Source: an uncultured virus (IMG/VR IMGVR_UViG_3300032038_000017) (taxonomy: Duplodnaviria > Heunggongvirae > Uroviricota > Caudoviricetes). Taken from it: 64,000 nucleotides of DNA. A program made the position numbers and the translations under genes. Numbering within the stretch: the stretch's first letter is position 1; every line of letters begins with the position of its first letter. Below the pieces are notes generated by a model. The model saw only the letters and a program-made list of their open reading frames with translations. It did no database searches and was not told where the DNA came from. Below, piece by piece: positions 30,901-41,008 of this stretch. The stretch lies in the IMG/VR virus record IMGVR_UViG_3300032038_000017; one strand, written 5' to 3'.

Positions 30901-33900
30901 GTCACGGTAAAGAACCATAATATCTGTATCGTCACCGTCACCACCTACAACGTAAGTATACTGTTTTCCAAGACCTTTGACTACTGCATTTTCGTCAAGG
31001 TCTGTCAATACCTCGTCAGATTTTTCATATGTATACTTTTCACCAGAAGGTTCTTCATTTCCGTAAGAATATTCTTTCCAAATACTTGCTTCTTCCGTTA
31101 TGTAAACCTTAGCAGTATATGTTGTATAGTTCACTGTTCCGTTAGTATTCTTCTCTGGGATTATTACGGAACCATTTGACTCTGATACAGAAGATGTTTC
31201 ATACAAAAGATACATTATAACGTTACCTTCGTTATCAATCTTTTCAACATTGTATGTTTCTGATGTTTTGAAGTTTCCGTCAAATGTATTTACAATTGTT
31301 TCTGAACTACTGTTATCAGTAATTGCAGCCTTAATAAACTCTTCTGCCTTTTCAATAGTTACTTTAACAGTATAATCAACATTATCACCGTCATAGATTT
31401 TTGTAGTCCAGATAGCATTATCAGAATTGTCATAAGAAATGTCTGTATCTTTGCTCATTATCTGGATACCTTCGGTTTTACCGTTATATCTAACTGTTAA
31501 AACACGAGGTGTCAAGTAGTCTTTATTGTATTCACCAAGAGTATGTCCTACCAATGTATGTTTGCTACCATTATCATAGTCAACATATACATGCTTACCA
31601 TTAGACATGTAAGCCTGTGAGAGGATAGATTTATTGTTACCGTTCTGGTCTATTGTTTCAGTAATGTCCAAAGAGCAGATAATAGAGGTCTTATCTTTCA
31701 AGTTGATTTCAACATACCAACCCAAGTCTTTAGACCAACCTACCATAACTACTTCGCCATTGTATCTTGAGTTTTCAAGATTATCATAAATAATAGACTT
31801 TTTACATACGATGTCGGAAGTTACACTAGCTACGTCAATATCATTATTGAAATAAACTACACCGTCTTTCTGAACAGCACGGAACTGACCATTTGCAAAG
31901 TAAGCATACTGGATTGACGCACCATTTACAGTCTGTCCGTCAACGCTAATTGAAATCTTAAATTTGTCTTCATTTCCAGTTGGACCAAGTGCATATGCAC
32001 CAACAAGAGTATCGCCAACGTTTACCTTTCCAATTGCGTTCTTGAATAAACTGCCATCAACATTAGGGGTCATAATAACCTTAGGGTTAGAAGTGTTAAT
32101 TTTTCCTCTAACAACAAGGTTATTCTTAAAATATTCAAACTCACGGTTAACAAATGTTGCTTCGTCCTTACCGTCATAAGAATCACTTAGCAAAGGCTTT
32201 GTAATAGAAATTTTTGACAACTGTGGATTTTCATACTCATCACCAAAGTCAATAGTTGTCTGCTCAGTAGCCAGCTCTGTTGAATAAGTGCTTGTAAGCT
32301 CATCAAACGTAGTATTAATAGGTATAAGGTTCATAACGTTTGTTATGAAGTTATACTTTTCTGTTGAGTTTGTTGGGTTATCTGGTAAGTAAGATAGATA
32401 AAGCTCATTATTTTCAGTTACACCCTTTACTGGGTAGTTTACATTAAAGTAATTACTAAAGAAGATAGGCTCCAGGCTTGTAGCATACAATGAACGTAAA
32501 TCAAGCTCCCTTACTTCCAAGAGTTTATCGCCTACTGCCAATTTGTCAATAGGGAACTCAAGACCATTTATACCAGTTAAAGTTGGTGTCTGCTTAATTT
32601 CTTGTTCACCAGATACCAATGCGTTTTTTACTTGATAAACACATGGCAATCTTAATGTGTTTTTGAAGAACTTCTGCTCATTAAACTTTATTGCAACCTT
32701 ATGCGTTTCTGTTCCCCAGCTTCCGTCTTCGTTCAAAAGGTTAGAGAATGTGTAGAATACGTCATTATCAGTGTCATAGTAAATTGAGCCCTTCGTTGTG
32801 CAGAACTTTACTTCTTTGTCTGTATTAATAGTCATGTTATCACTATTATACAAGTATCCAGTAGAAGTAAAATGTGGGTCAATCGTAAAATTAAAATTAT
32901 ATGAACCTTCCGTTATGTAACTACGTGGAAGGTTTATTGTTGAGTTAATTTTTCCAAGGAGTGAGTTAATACCACACTTCTGACTGTCTTCCATAAAGTC
33001 GGCTTCATCGAGGATAACACTGTATTCTGTATCAGTTACATACTGCCATTTAGAAATAGGTAAACTTATACCCAAGATGCTGTCAAGGTTAATCTTGAAT
33101 ACATACCATTCATTTTCGTCAGTTTCCGTAATTGTGCTTAAAGTACCACTTTCAGATTCTGCTGGGTTGAAGTTTATTAAAGCAACACGGTCACCAACAT
33201 CAAAGAAGTCATGATAATCTATACCGTCTGGTTCTTTAAGCCAGTCTCTATCACGTGTATTTTTCCAATAAACATCCGGATTATATTTTGTTTTGTCTGG
33301 GCTAAATGTTCCAGCATAAATCCAGTAGAGAATGCTGCTTCTGTGAATAGGTGTTATGTTTCCAAAATCTGCCAAAGCCTCTGGCAAGTTTATTTTAGAA
33401 GATAAGTCTGTACTATCAACATAGAATACTTTATCACCAAAACCAGTATTTCTTATTACTGTAGAATAATAGCTTGGTGATTTTGTATTTGCAGCTCGCA
33501 AATAATACTGCAAAAGTCTTTCCTTAAAGGTATATGTGTATTTTTTTGTAGCACCATTTTCACCTTTAAGGTTATCTGTACCAGTATCACTAAGGGATAG
33601 GTTAGAATCTGGTGTAACATTAACACGGTTATAAACGTCGTCTACGTCCTTTATATAGTCAAAACCGTCGCCCACAAGACCAAGGTACTGGAAGCTCTTA
33701 ACATACCAATTTTCTTGATAGTAAAATAAGACATCTGCACGCTTAAATGAACGTGTTGTCTGACCGGTAACTTTTCCGTCAACCCTTACAACAATGTTTG
33801 ACAAGTTAACGTCTTCTTCTACAACGTAATACTGCAAGTTTAATGGTGATTCTGGATAAACAAGCTCATACATGTTTGTCACTTTACCAGTTTCATCATA

Positions 33901-36900
33901 GTATGGTGTCTTAGTAGGAACCCAAACACCACCATAAATAAATGTGGTATCGTCGGTGGAACTACAACTTATAAGAACGTTGTTTTTAGTGAAGTCATTA
34001 CCAATAATCTTAATGTTTGATTCGTCCTCACCAAGATACTTCATTATGTTTGTAAAAGTCTGTGAGTAGAATGATGCCTGTGTGATAGAAAGCAGATTTT
34101 TCTGAGTACCTACATTATGTGAATACTTTGTTACGGTATCATATTCACCAAGTGGGATTTCAAACAGAGGACTTTCTACGCTTGTATATTTCGTTGAGTT
34201 CTTCCTTTTAAGGGTATCGGATTGGTCTTGACCATAAACACTTACGTTTCTAAGTTCACCATAGTTATTGTAGAACTCTGAATTTTCATCAAAAGTTGAT
34301 GGGTCTTTTACATTATCGTATACCTGATTACCCCAAACGCTTGGATATGTAATGTCCTCTGGTGATTTGAACCAGTTACGACGACTCTTACCACCATTAC
34401 CAATCTGTGCGTAACATGGTGTTGTCCAGTCGTTATCTTTAAGGTCACGCTCTGGCCACATGTCTTGACCATCAAGGTTCAAAGTAATAAACTTCAAACG
34501 AATCTGTGGGTCTGTATAGTCCATATTACTAAGCAATGTATAATATCCAGTTGTGTCTGTTTCCAACATAACGTTAACGCCAACATTAACATTATCAGTC
34601 GCACGAGAAGACTGCATTAAGCTGTCCTCAATATAATCAAGCCATTCAACAGACATAAGAATAGGGTTAGTCTTAGATTTTACAGTTGGATAGTAAAGAA
34701 GCTTATTTAAGTTAAACTCCAAGAATAATTCATTATTGAACTTTATGTCTGACGGCATTAAATACTGATTTTTTGAGCCGTCTTTATCTTCTACCAAGAT
34801 TTCATAATCGTCCCAGTGAGTATCTTCGAGAACTTTTGTAAATGAGTTACTTACGCCGTTCTGATAGTTATGTATATTATAGAATGAAACATCTGGCAAG
34901 CTATCAAGGATAGCAGTTGATACCTTAGGATAATCGGCAGAAGGCCAAAGACCGTGTTCAAAAGGATTTGTAACTGAGTACAAACCGTTATTGTAAAGCC
35001 TTTCCTTGTATTCCAACAAATTATCTGTAATGTCGCTTGGAGATACGTTTGTCTTTACATAATAATTCAAAACAAACGTTCCAGACTGTTGAAGATTTAC
35101 GTTTACTGTAACTTCATTATCACCGATATGTGTAATAAATACATCATTGTCGTCAGAATCTATACTTGGTCCGGTAACAATGTCACCAATTGAAAGCGAC
35201 TTAAACATTTCACGTGCTACGTCGCTTTCAAAGAAGATTACGTTCTCAAAGCCTTCGTGACTTACGTCGATAACAGATTCAATTTGAATTGTCTCACGGC
35301 TTATAGAGCAAACTGTAATGTTTGTATCTTCTTCATTCTTTTTACCAAGAGTATACAACCTGAGCACTTCGTCCATAGAAGAAACTGCTTGCTCATAATT
35401 ATTTAAGATTTCCTTTTTATTGTTTGTAGCGTCGAGAATGTTTATATAATCGTGTTGTGTGTAATCGTCTGAGGTTGTTACGTAGCTAAAGTTAAGTGAC
35501 TGACCATTTGGTGATTTTAATGTTACAGTTGTCTCCAAGATTTCAGGGTTACTTGTTGGAACGTGTTGAAGTGTTCCCTCAATGTTGTAAATAGAACAAA
35601 CGTTCAAGTTTCCAAGAGAAATAGCACCTACTTCACCTGCTAAGTAGCCAGACTTCTTTGTGAGAGTTACATAGTCTATTTGGTTCTGGTAAGAGCTTTC
35701 ATTAAATACTTCAACAGTAGAAGTTGTACCGTCTTCATTTACAATAGTTTTTGTAACTGTATCTGGTACTGTTTTAATCCCCAAAGCTTTTGTGCCTTGA
35801 AGAACATATAGAACCTTACATCCAGGATAAACAGTAGATTCTTCTGTTTCGTATTCTTCACCGTCAACTTCATAAGTAATTTTGTTATAAAGATACTCGC
35901 TATTCTTGCGCCAGTTTTCGATGTTCTCTTCGTACTGTAACATTTTCTTCACGTATTCCAAGAATGAAGGGTAATCTTTATCAGATTCTTTTATAGCTTC
36001 TTTGGCTTTCAAGTAAAGTTCGTCGTCTTCTGAGTAATAGTTTCTTGCAACTGTTTCGTCAAAGCCATTTGCAACGTAAGCGTTCACATAATCTTGGTTT
36101 GTCCATTCGTGTGTATCACTTGAACCAGTTGCAGTAAGCTGTCTTACTGTTTCTGGATAGTCCTCGTAAAGGCTTTCCATCATGCTATCAGTCTTTTCAA
36201 ATGGAATAGCAGCTATGTCAAAATGCTCTGATGTCAGTATGTAACGACCGGCGGAAGGTGTTGTTTTTACAGTTAACTTACCTTCAAGAACAATAAGGTC
36301 ACCGTTCTCATTTTCAATTACGATACCGTTACTATCGTCAACTCTTTGAGTTTCTTCAATGTTAAATACTGGTGCATTTTCTGAGGCTTCTGTTTCGTCA
36401 ATTATAATATCCACATAACCCTTAGTAAAGTTGGTAACTTGAATTGTTGATTTAACAGTATTTGTATTACTGTCTGATAAGTCTTCAATTGCAAGGTATG
36501 TACCTTTTTCAATACAGTCCCAAACTATTTCTGTTTCAGGAACGTAGAATGAGCCTTTGTAATCCTGATTATCACCACTGTATGCTTCAATTCCGACTGA
36601 ATGAGGGTAGAACGAAATTGTATTACTTGGTGTAGTAAACAATGTATCTTCAACAAGAGGGTTATAGATTACTGGGAACTTTTTAACTATCCCCTTCATT
36701 ACATCTTTTGTGAAACCTTCACCAGTATATGTTGAGTAATAAATAGACAAGAAGTTGTACTGTTCAAAGTCGCTAGGCTTTTTATCTTCTTTAAGGAATG
36801 TATCATGAGCATTATTTTCAATAGCGTTGTATTCTTCTTGTGTCAATGTCTTACTCGACATTGGGGGATACGCACACAATTCCTTATAGATAATCTTGTT

Positions 36901-38256
36901 CTTACTTGTAGTAGTTACGCTATGAATTTCCTCTGTTATCTGTGAATCAACATCAATTCTACTACCCAGAGAGTTCGTTGCGTCCAAGCTTATTCTAAGC
37001 AAAGAAATGTCTTCGTTCTTGTTCTTTATGTAATTTGTAGCATGGTCATACTCATTTATAGAAATTTCGTTTGATATTTCAAAAGCAGAGAACATTGAAG
37101 ACGTATCAGAACAAGCTGGTGCTTCGAATACTGTATATTCATTAAATGGTAATGAGTAACCGAAAGCATAATTATTCATGTCCTTTGGCTTTGGGTATGA
37201 AGAATTGCTTCCGTCGTAATCTACAAGACGGAACTTTCTGTTGTAGTGTTTTGAGTAAGTGTCAATTACACGATTTCGTTGTCTAATGTAATCATTGTAT
37301 TTTGACGTATCGTAGCTATGACCAGTAGATTCATTCCACTCTTTTAATTGGTCTACATCTATCATCGGACTTACTGGTGAGTAGCTATTTTTATAATTTT
37401 CTATTTCTTCTTCGCTTGCACCAGAAGCTTCGAGCTCGTCTAAGTGCTCGTTATATTCAGAAGTCTTGATAACTGTATTACTATCTACAGTGCTCTTCAT
37501 GTAAGTTGTACCGACTTCTTTCAAATAGGTCTTTTTATCAACTGGCTTAATTGGCAGATATGTAGCAACTGGAAAAACTGTTGCATTTTGGAAGATATCG
37601 CTTGCCAACATCCTAAATCCAAGTTTAGAACCGTAAACACGCTTTCTGAAGCCTTCATTTTTAAGGTTTCTAATTTTAAGCATTGCCGCTTCAATTTCTT
37701 CGTCTGAAGCATTAATACCTAATGAGGATGCAACTGTATCAAAGAATTTTACATTTGGTTCATAATCAATTACTGCACCGGCATTGATTATCATGTCGTT
37801 AAACTCGTTTTCTGTTAGGAGTGCAGTCATGTCTGGATGGTCTGGATACATTGTACCTAGATAACGATATACTTCATGTAAGAGGAAATCGAACTCTGGC
37901 AATAATACGCCATATTCTTCGAGTCTATGATATGTTTCGTTTTTAGAGGCTTCTGGACCGTATTGAACGTCTTCTACAATTTTACCGTTTACCATTTTAT
38001 AGTAAACTTCGCCTGAATCAATACCGTCTTCGTGAGATTTTTCGTAATATTTTGTTCCGTCACTAGGGTTTGTTCTTTCTACGTCGATTTCATAAGGGAG
38101 ACCAAACTCTACGTCTGTAAATCCTAAAATCCACTTCCAAAGGTCTGTCTGTAACACTGTGTTCAGTCCACCAAACATGTCATAAGGTGGAATTTCATTT
38201 GTGAAATGGATTCTTTTTTCGATGTCAAACTCGGAGCGACTTGTGTATAAACTCAT
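24928..38256 (-). CDS. giant (4442 aa) baseplate/tail-fibre structural protein
   Basis: Directly downstream of the gp6-like wedge; N-terminal RKRVYGSKLGF resembles wedge gp7/P2 gpI; Asp-box YSTDKGSTF; C-terminal EVTEFGLFNKYHQLIAYAVFPPI resembles the tail-collar motif. Confidence 0.75.
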   Translation of the reverse strand: MSLYTSRSEFDIEKRIHFTNEIPPYDMFGGLNTVLQTDLWKWILGFTDVEFGLPYEIDVERTNPSDGTKYYEKSHEDGIDSGEVYYKMVNGKIVEDVQYGPEASKNETYHRLEEYGVLLPEFDFLLHEVYRYLGTMYPDHPDMTALLTENEFNDMIINAGAVIDYEPNVKFFDTVASSLGINASDEEIEAAMLKIRNLKNEGFRKRVYGSKLGFRMLASDIFQNATVFPVATYLPIKPVDKKTYLKEVGTTYMKSTVDSNTVIKTSEYNEHLDELEASGASEEEIENYKNSYSPVSPMIDVDQLKEWNESTGHSYDTSKYNDYIRQRNRVIDTYSKHYNRKFRLVDYDGSNSSYPKPKDMNNYAFGYSLPFNEYTVFEAPACSDTSSMFSAFEISNEISINEYDHATNYIKNKNEDISLLRISLDATNSLGSRIDVDSQITEEIHSVTTTSKNKIIYKELCAYPPMSSKTLTQEEYNAIENNAHDTFLKEDKKPSDFEQYNFLSIYYSTYTGEGFTKDVMKGIVKKFPVIYNPLVEDTLFTTPSNTISFYPHSVGIEAYSGDNQDYKGSFYVPETEIVWDCIEKGTYLAIEDLSDSNTNTVKSTIQVTNFTKGYVDIIIDETEASENAPVFNIEETQRVDDSNGIVIENENGDLIVLEGKLTVKTTPSAGRYILTSEHFDIAAIPFEKTDSMMESLYEDYPETVRQLTATGSSDTHEWTNQDYVNAYVANGFDETVARNYYSEDDELYLKAKEAIKESDKDYPSFLEYVKKMLQYEENIENWRKNSEYLYNKITYEVDGEEYETEESTVYPGCKVLYVLQGTKALGIKTVPDTVTKTIVNEDGTTSTVEVFNESSYQNQIDYVTLTKKSGYLAGEVGAISLGNLNVCSIYNIEGTLQHVPTSNPEILETTVTLKSPNGQSLNFSYVTTSDDYTQHDYINILDATNNKKEILNNYEQAVSSMDEVLRLYTLGKKNEEDTNITVCSISRETIQIESVIDVSHEGFENVIFFESDVAREMFKSLSIGDIVTGPSIDSDDNDVFITHIGDNEVTVNVNLQQSGTFVLNYYVKTNVSPSDITDNLLEYKERLYNNGLYSVTNPFEHGLWPSADYPKVSTAILDSLPDVSFYNIHNYQNGVSNSFTKVLEDTHWDDYEILVEDKDGSKNQYLMPSDIKFNNELFLEFNLNKLLYYPTVKSKTNPILMSVEWLDYIEDSLMQSSRATDNVNVGVNVMLETDTTGYYTLLSNMDYTDPQIRLKFITLNLDGQDMWPERDLKDNDWTTPCYAQIGNGGKSRRNWFKSPEDITYPSVWGNQVYDNVKDPSTFDENSEFYNNYGELRNVSVYGQDQSDTLKRKNSTKYTSVESPLFEIPLGEYDTVTKYSHNVGTQKNLLSITQASFYSQTFTNIMKYLGEDESNIKIIGNDFTKNNVLISCSSTDDTTFIYGGVWVPTKTPYYDETGKVTNMYELVYPESPLNLQYYVVEEDVNLSNIVVRVDGKVTGQTTRSFKRADVLFYYQENWYVKSFQYLGLVGDGFDYIKDVDDVYNRVNVTPDSNLSLSDTGTDNLKGENGATKKYTYTFKERLLQYYLRAANTKSPSYYSTVIRNTGFGDKVFYVDSTDLSSKINLPEALADFGNITPIHRSSILYWIYAGTFSPDKTKYNPDVYWKNTRDRDWLKEPDGIDYHDFFDVGDRVALINFNPAESESGTLSTITETDENEWYVFKINLDSILGISLPISKWQYVTDTEYSVILDEADFMEDSQKCGINSLLGKINSTINLPRSYITEGSYNFNFTIDPHFTSTGYLYNSDNMTINTDKEVKFCTTKGSIYYDTDNDVFYTFSNLLNEDGSWGTETHKVAIKFNEQKFFKNTLRLPCVYQVKNALVSGEQEIKQTPTLTGINGLEFPIDKLAVGDKLLEVRELDLRSLYATSLEPIFFSNYFNVNYPVKGVTENNELYLSYLPDNPTNSTEKYNFITNVMNLIPINTTFDELTSTYSTELATEQTTIDFGDEYENPQLSKISITKPLLSDSYDGKDEATFVNREFEYFKNNLVVRGKINTSNPKVIMTPNVDGSLFKNAIGKVNVGDTLVGAYALGPTGNEDKFKISISVDGQTVNGASIQYAYFANGQFRAVQKDGVVYFNNDIDVASVTSDIVCKKSIIYDNLENSRYNGEVVMVGWSKDLGWYVEINLKDKTSIICSLDITETIDQNGNNKSILSQAYMSNGKHVYVDYDNGSKHTLVGHTLGEYNKDYLTPRVLTVRYNGKTEGIQIMSKDTDISYDNSDNAIWTTKIYDGDNVDYTVKVTIEKAEEFIKAAITDNSSSETIVNTFDGNFKTSETYNVEKIDNEGNVIMYLLYETSSVSESNGSVIIPEKNTNGTVNYTTYTAKVYITEEASIWKEYSYGNEEPSGEKYTYEKSDEVLTDLDENAVVKGLGKQYTYVVGGDGDDTDIMVLYRDLALSSAKLTQSSSDKNVYELDSNYISEPYFADTSMIVTANGSKIPVASTLLSRSILKKDNSGKYTVYAKGRSLFVKSPTSIVEKTKTGNSGFSNGYSYNGFLTANSLWKHANAPIFNEKMFLTIRSTLVTDKQAVNDLVKMSMMRMLEILGHSVDLTANRNAGITVDGRAMSIDYDNTLLGNIRDVFKAISGYKGVYTSDSIEFDNVVTYENVVSAMDYAKANKSSVGSKWVKADGSNKVISNADGYPLLVQYSGTKWTFRCYGFKLVTETVTDGYDVVGASKQTFAELAPTAADISKYFTAFELIDDGPMVNYEHAFATFAYYYTYYLCGNAENTEIVSSSNISDIQFTDSNMLVTDTRGNINSIGLCYLHNRDDIENPEHWNASSFPRELTCYAVERDVLGTSNYKIGSQVISIPRPEVLTKQNTFHVECSYANEEIILFGGYIYSQTQIELIYDDFFRGDKTDSEYQTWKDNRSDDEKEVLTRLLEPSKFKNQGTPVLLYSTDKGSTFNMTTLKSTSGKSLEWEGSSEPSSTSYVSGVVFAENEYKVFVRNVGDEDNLEYYYYIEQDEDGLFDFATTTGSKEMDDYGDIALAHEFDVDSTTGTNDYDEPSDTSSSTSQLNSIPSGYYRMMFTEGANCFYILSTKAVRFGENVIVQSKTSGSITVTTALTKEGNSEFDVLLAFNVRENINNSLEYLNMERGEKYVGEMGNLRVPEVTMVDDVSMANRFYSYREILNPESLDTTSDSYDPYGYPAVIEDTKYALYEYTSKYNSDTGETIQTPVAMTNGNGDTVYLCDASGKYYIFVDKTSNRRILGTLEMRGSYAQELFQVAYQPLYASLKEAESNPSIRLGDDEFSKRLDLTGSVILGISYDNDVPYVKMSTNNSLLIKDISDYLFSSSDSKEFVQYLSSTTDLLGNSLEDTSKTDEEAAIARISNITYDTGNVEDGVPVYEQRFILKTSYITKEESTTTDESGQVTKETVNVEHKFWFDKLTQEYPLKKKRYLSALALVPYCFKAGITAYKNMGFDDISGTDYSLPNPITGVYLSNFGYGGSRSNTTFWENTVPWLVDPDAFTLGEYLTNSLDEPVYMVDASGKVLKSYDAEQEKKVGDTFSINASFLGTKDSKDLYVYSNANNTYKKKVMKLGSGGVSVYTPISDFKLGTTPFCINLWAYQSYKLVDIDKDANGNPNISFKYYGKTGKDTYRYVPCGGTTKLTVGNKSIYDFEYDENSKMLKFVKPDVLQQAFYVSPSNEIDIQSLLVTFYVNNQKYELKFGLTLDFEIDERFEEGVKVKSLVVTGNSNSSIYFDSYAIYQKQSSYELIKMNLVNAEESYKDYTNKSSLNLVISRVDEDGNPKVDSISVLDASNNSVLSSLYDSSIVGYDEGVNGGIVFNMQSAQGDLNNTVKLYVGGTVSVKLPIFMLGNVTTVCDYVVDKIEEGKVTEDSWVRKTYIDNICLDDLTSLYVSYNEETLEVLLSNTAKKGIATTIYNSTVIGKYNNTKPSLFSSELNKGYYLNMRDGSVLLNDTQKLSVEIVKYDTYNELSNNVYVNGFYGKVICRKPVYNTFKNLLDAKGFVINKGDDSILYTGTTNDTLTVGMTGEDNNISLSEMLDIAGFNDGEKHYINMRWLTQSTIRTEIANCNVDSEFTEISISEKSKFTPDRVWFNPDGYPVPPVVIGNNIFNSANNEQYSDTSYKNNNGYSVYRCNENGYLVGYTRSTDSSVISSYDNNNDGLPEAAEGYIKNDDGTIDSVAVEFVLDPLKNVLSDAQIPKAPIYETCQDWFKNEFYIKGKESNPYWQVLNVTSVFNKNHVWEQKLSVNEYVRSTQEMVMSKVATEDQYVVPKRTILVDVKDDICTIQSNADPVDKKAGSISFVLDKPASKYQTEKQFIKYGITAQNPFYGSSVWDGSNLSLSSYIDSTYTVCSTQNLADPRDKESEIQEVTEFGLFNKYHQLIAYAVFPPIEYRTSTQHISFTAYVKQGSCVDPSSL

Positions 38257-38326
38257 ATTTGAGATTTTCCTCTTTACTAGATAAGTTAATTAATTATTTA
38301 GTAAAAAGGTTAACCTCTCATAAAAA

Positions 38327-40936
38327 TTATTCTTTCGTCTTAATGACTCTTTCTACCTTGATGTTGTCATCGTCAACAAAGCAGATTGCGTTCATGTCTG
38401 TAGGCTCAATGCTTGACTGTTTTGGTCTTGCATATACGTTTAATGTAATGTAGTTATTTAACAGTTCAGAAAGAAGGGTCAAATAGTCAGAAGAGCCAAA
38501 TTCAAGTTCTGCCAAAACGGTAGTAAATCCCAAATATTTTATAGGGATTAAGAAATAGCCGTGTGCATAGTTAATAGAGTCTGGCTCGTCATAGTCTTCA
38601 TTAAACAGAATGTCAACGAAATCATAGTAATCGTTATTTTTCTTATAACAGTATGTTGCGTCAGAGTTCCTTAATGGACTACCGTCAAAAGCAATACGGT
38701 CATCATAATCAACGTCGGATACGTTACAAGATTTATTTTTTCCATTTTCGTCAACTTCATAAGGACGGTTTTCATATGGTGCAGTCGTAAAGCTCTTCGC
38801 TTTTCCCATAAATGTACTATTTGTAATTTCACTTATGTATGGGAACTGTGCGACACGAACAGAACGGTCGTTAAAGTTTTCAATTGTTTCGTCAAAGAAC
38901 TCAACCTTTATTCCCAAATTACTCTTACTATTTACCAGTTCGGCAGTAGAATCCTTACGGAAAGAGTTGTTATTTAGGTCGTTCGTAATACTGTCTTGCA
39001 AAGATACGGAGTCGTCTTCACGGTTATCAAACAAGAAGAACGTTCTGTTATTTGAATCTCCGGAAGTTGTATTTTTGAATATCAAGTCTACCTTTAATAA
39101 GTATGGACTAGAAGTAGAGCAGTTATGGAAACCTAGCTCGTATTTATTTGTTGCGTAGACTTTATCGAAGCTAAAAGGTATTGCAACTACGTCCAAAGAT
39201 TTTGACATTTTTTCGTTATTGATGTATTTCAACTTCATAACTTTTATGTCGTTCTTACCCATGTCTACGTTTGCCATTGCCTCGTTCATTACTTCAACAG
39301 AATCTGTGAAGCTAAACAATGAAGCCAAATAAGAAATCTTTGAATCGTAGAACGGGACCTTGAAATCAGTATTAAAGATAGAATATTCAGAAGAAACGGC
39401 AGCCTTAATACTGTCAATAATTTCTGATTCCGAAATACCACGGTCGTATGTATTGATAGTAATAGACGGTGCTATTTTAATAAAGTTTGGTTCTTTATAG
39501 CTTAAAGAGTCGTTTGGTCCTTTCAAATCACCGATAGACTTTGTAATAGTCTTAATAAAGTCTTCTGATTCTTCGTCAGTAACCATTTCTCCGTTTGCTT
39601 TTACGGCAGAAACAAACAAAGCGTTAGAAATTACAGAAACTTCATTTGCTACTTCTTCATCCAGGTCTTCATCAAGTGTAACGTCTACTTGTTTTGCATT
39701 AAATGAAGAAGACGGATAACATACTACCTTAGACAGAAGAACTGGTGAGTTATTCATTATCTGCTCTTTATAAGCAGCTTTTACTGCCGTAGTAGAAGAA
39801 CTAAGATATGCCAAGGGAGCTTTCGTCTTAAAGTCGTCTTCGTCTTCAATGTCCTTACCACCCATTAATGAAGTAACATTTGTACAACTTAAAAATGACG
39901 ATTCCATGTTAGTTCTTGGGTCTATCATCTTTGAGCCTGTTGGAAATGTCATTGTGTTTATCTGGAACTTTTGTTCTATGTTTCCGGCAGAACCTTTTGT
40001 TTCCAAATAGTGAACTATTATCTGTGAGTTTTTTACTGGAAGTTTGCCTGAAACGCCATCACCAAACTTTATAATAACGTTTGTACCATCGTCAGAAAGC
40101 TTTACTTCATAAACCTTGTCATATGGTCCTGCCATACGGATTTTCTGAATTTCTACCCATTTTTCTGAATCGTTTGCGTTAGGTGGGATTACTTCTACAT
40201 AAAAGTACTCTTTTGATATTGTATTGCTTGCATTTTCTACATTTGTAGCCGGAAATGAGAAAGACTGGAATCTTGAACCGTCTGCCGTTCCCAGTACTTG
40301 TTCACGTTGAACACCCTGGATAACTGGAACTTTTAGATACTTTAAACCGTCCCAACCACCAGCTTTATAGAAATCACTAAGTTTTGTTTCATTATTTTTT
40401 ATTGAACTCCAAGGGGTACTAAGAATACGAGTTTTTACTGTTTTTGTAGAAATAAATTGGGTTCCATTTGCAGCCGTGAAGATTGTTCCTTTTGGAACTT
40501 CATAAACACTAGGATTTGTCCAAGGAACTAATGCAGATTTTTTAATGTAGTTTGCATCCTCTTCTTTTTCTATATTATCATAATCAGAGTTTTCATCTAA
40601 GTCAAAAAATGTAGAACCATAGTTTGAAAGTCTTTCTACGCCTTCCTTGTCTGTATGTGAAACTATTACATAGCCTATTGCAGATTTAGCCCTTTGACGC
40701 TTTCTACCAATAAGGTTTCCCATAGTCTGCAATGACGACATGTTATGTGCTGTCTGCCATTTGTTTTCAAGAGAACGATACTCTACGTATCTTGCTATTT
40801 CCGATAAGCCTTCACAAAAAACGTCCATAAGGTTAGTGAATGTACCGTCATCAAGGATTGTAGCACTATCACTATTCATTACCATTCTATCTTTAAGTCT
40901 GGACTTTATTGCATCATATGTAAATCTTTTACCCAT
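38327..40936 (-). CDS. baseplate wedge protein (T4 gp6 / baseplate-J-like)
   Basis: EN.WQTA...SL, VPKGTIF, IKFGDGVSGKLP, YLETKGSAGN, GGKDIED..FK..AP. Confidence 0.88.
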   Translation of the reverse strand: MGKRFTYDAIKSRLKDRMVMNSDSATILDDGTFTNLMDVFCEGLSEIARYVEYRSLENKWQTAHNMSSLQTMGNLIGRKRQRAKSAIGYVIVSHTDKEGVERLSNYGSTFFDLDENSDYDNIEKEEDANYIKKSALVPWTNPSVYEVPKGTIFTAANGTQFISTKTVKTRILSTPWSSIKNNETKLSDFYKAGGWDGLKYLKVPVIQGVQREQVLGTADGSRFQSFSFPATNVENASNTISKEYFYVEVIPPNANDSEKWVEIQKIRMAGPYDKVYEVKLSDDGTNVIIKFGDGVSGKLPVKNSQIIVHYLETKGSAGNIEQKFQINTMTFPTGSKMIDPRTNMESSFLSCTNVTSLMGGKDIEDEDDFKTKAPLAYLSSSTTAVKAAYKEQIMNNSPVLLSKVVCYPSSSFNAKQVDVTLDEDLDEEVANEVSVISNALFVSAVKANGEMVTDEESEDFIKTITKSIGDLKGPNDSLSYKEPNFIKIAPSITINTYDRGISESEIIDSIKAAVSSEYSIFNTDFKVPFYDSKISYLASLFSFTDSVEVMNEAMANVDMGKNDIKVMKLKYINNEKMSKSLDVVAIPFSFDKVYATNKYELGFHNCSTSSPYLLKVDLIFKNTTSGDSNNRTFFLFDNREDDSVSLQDSITNDLNNNSFRKDSTAELVNSKSNLGIKVEFFDETIENFNDRSVRVAQFPYISEITNSTFMGKAKSFTTAPYENRPYEVDENGKNKSCNVSDVDYDDRIAFDGSPLRNSDATYCYKKNNDYYDFVDILFNEDYDEPDSINYAHGYFLIPIKYLGFTTVLAELEFGSSDYLTLLSELLNNYITLNVYARPKQSSIEPTDMNAICFVDDDNIKVERVIKTKE

Positions 40937-41008
40937 TTTATTCCCTTTTCATTCAAATTCTATTTGAATTAAACCTAGTATTCTTAATAATTAGTATTAT
41001 AGTTTACT

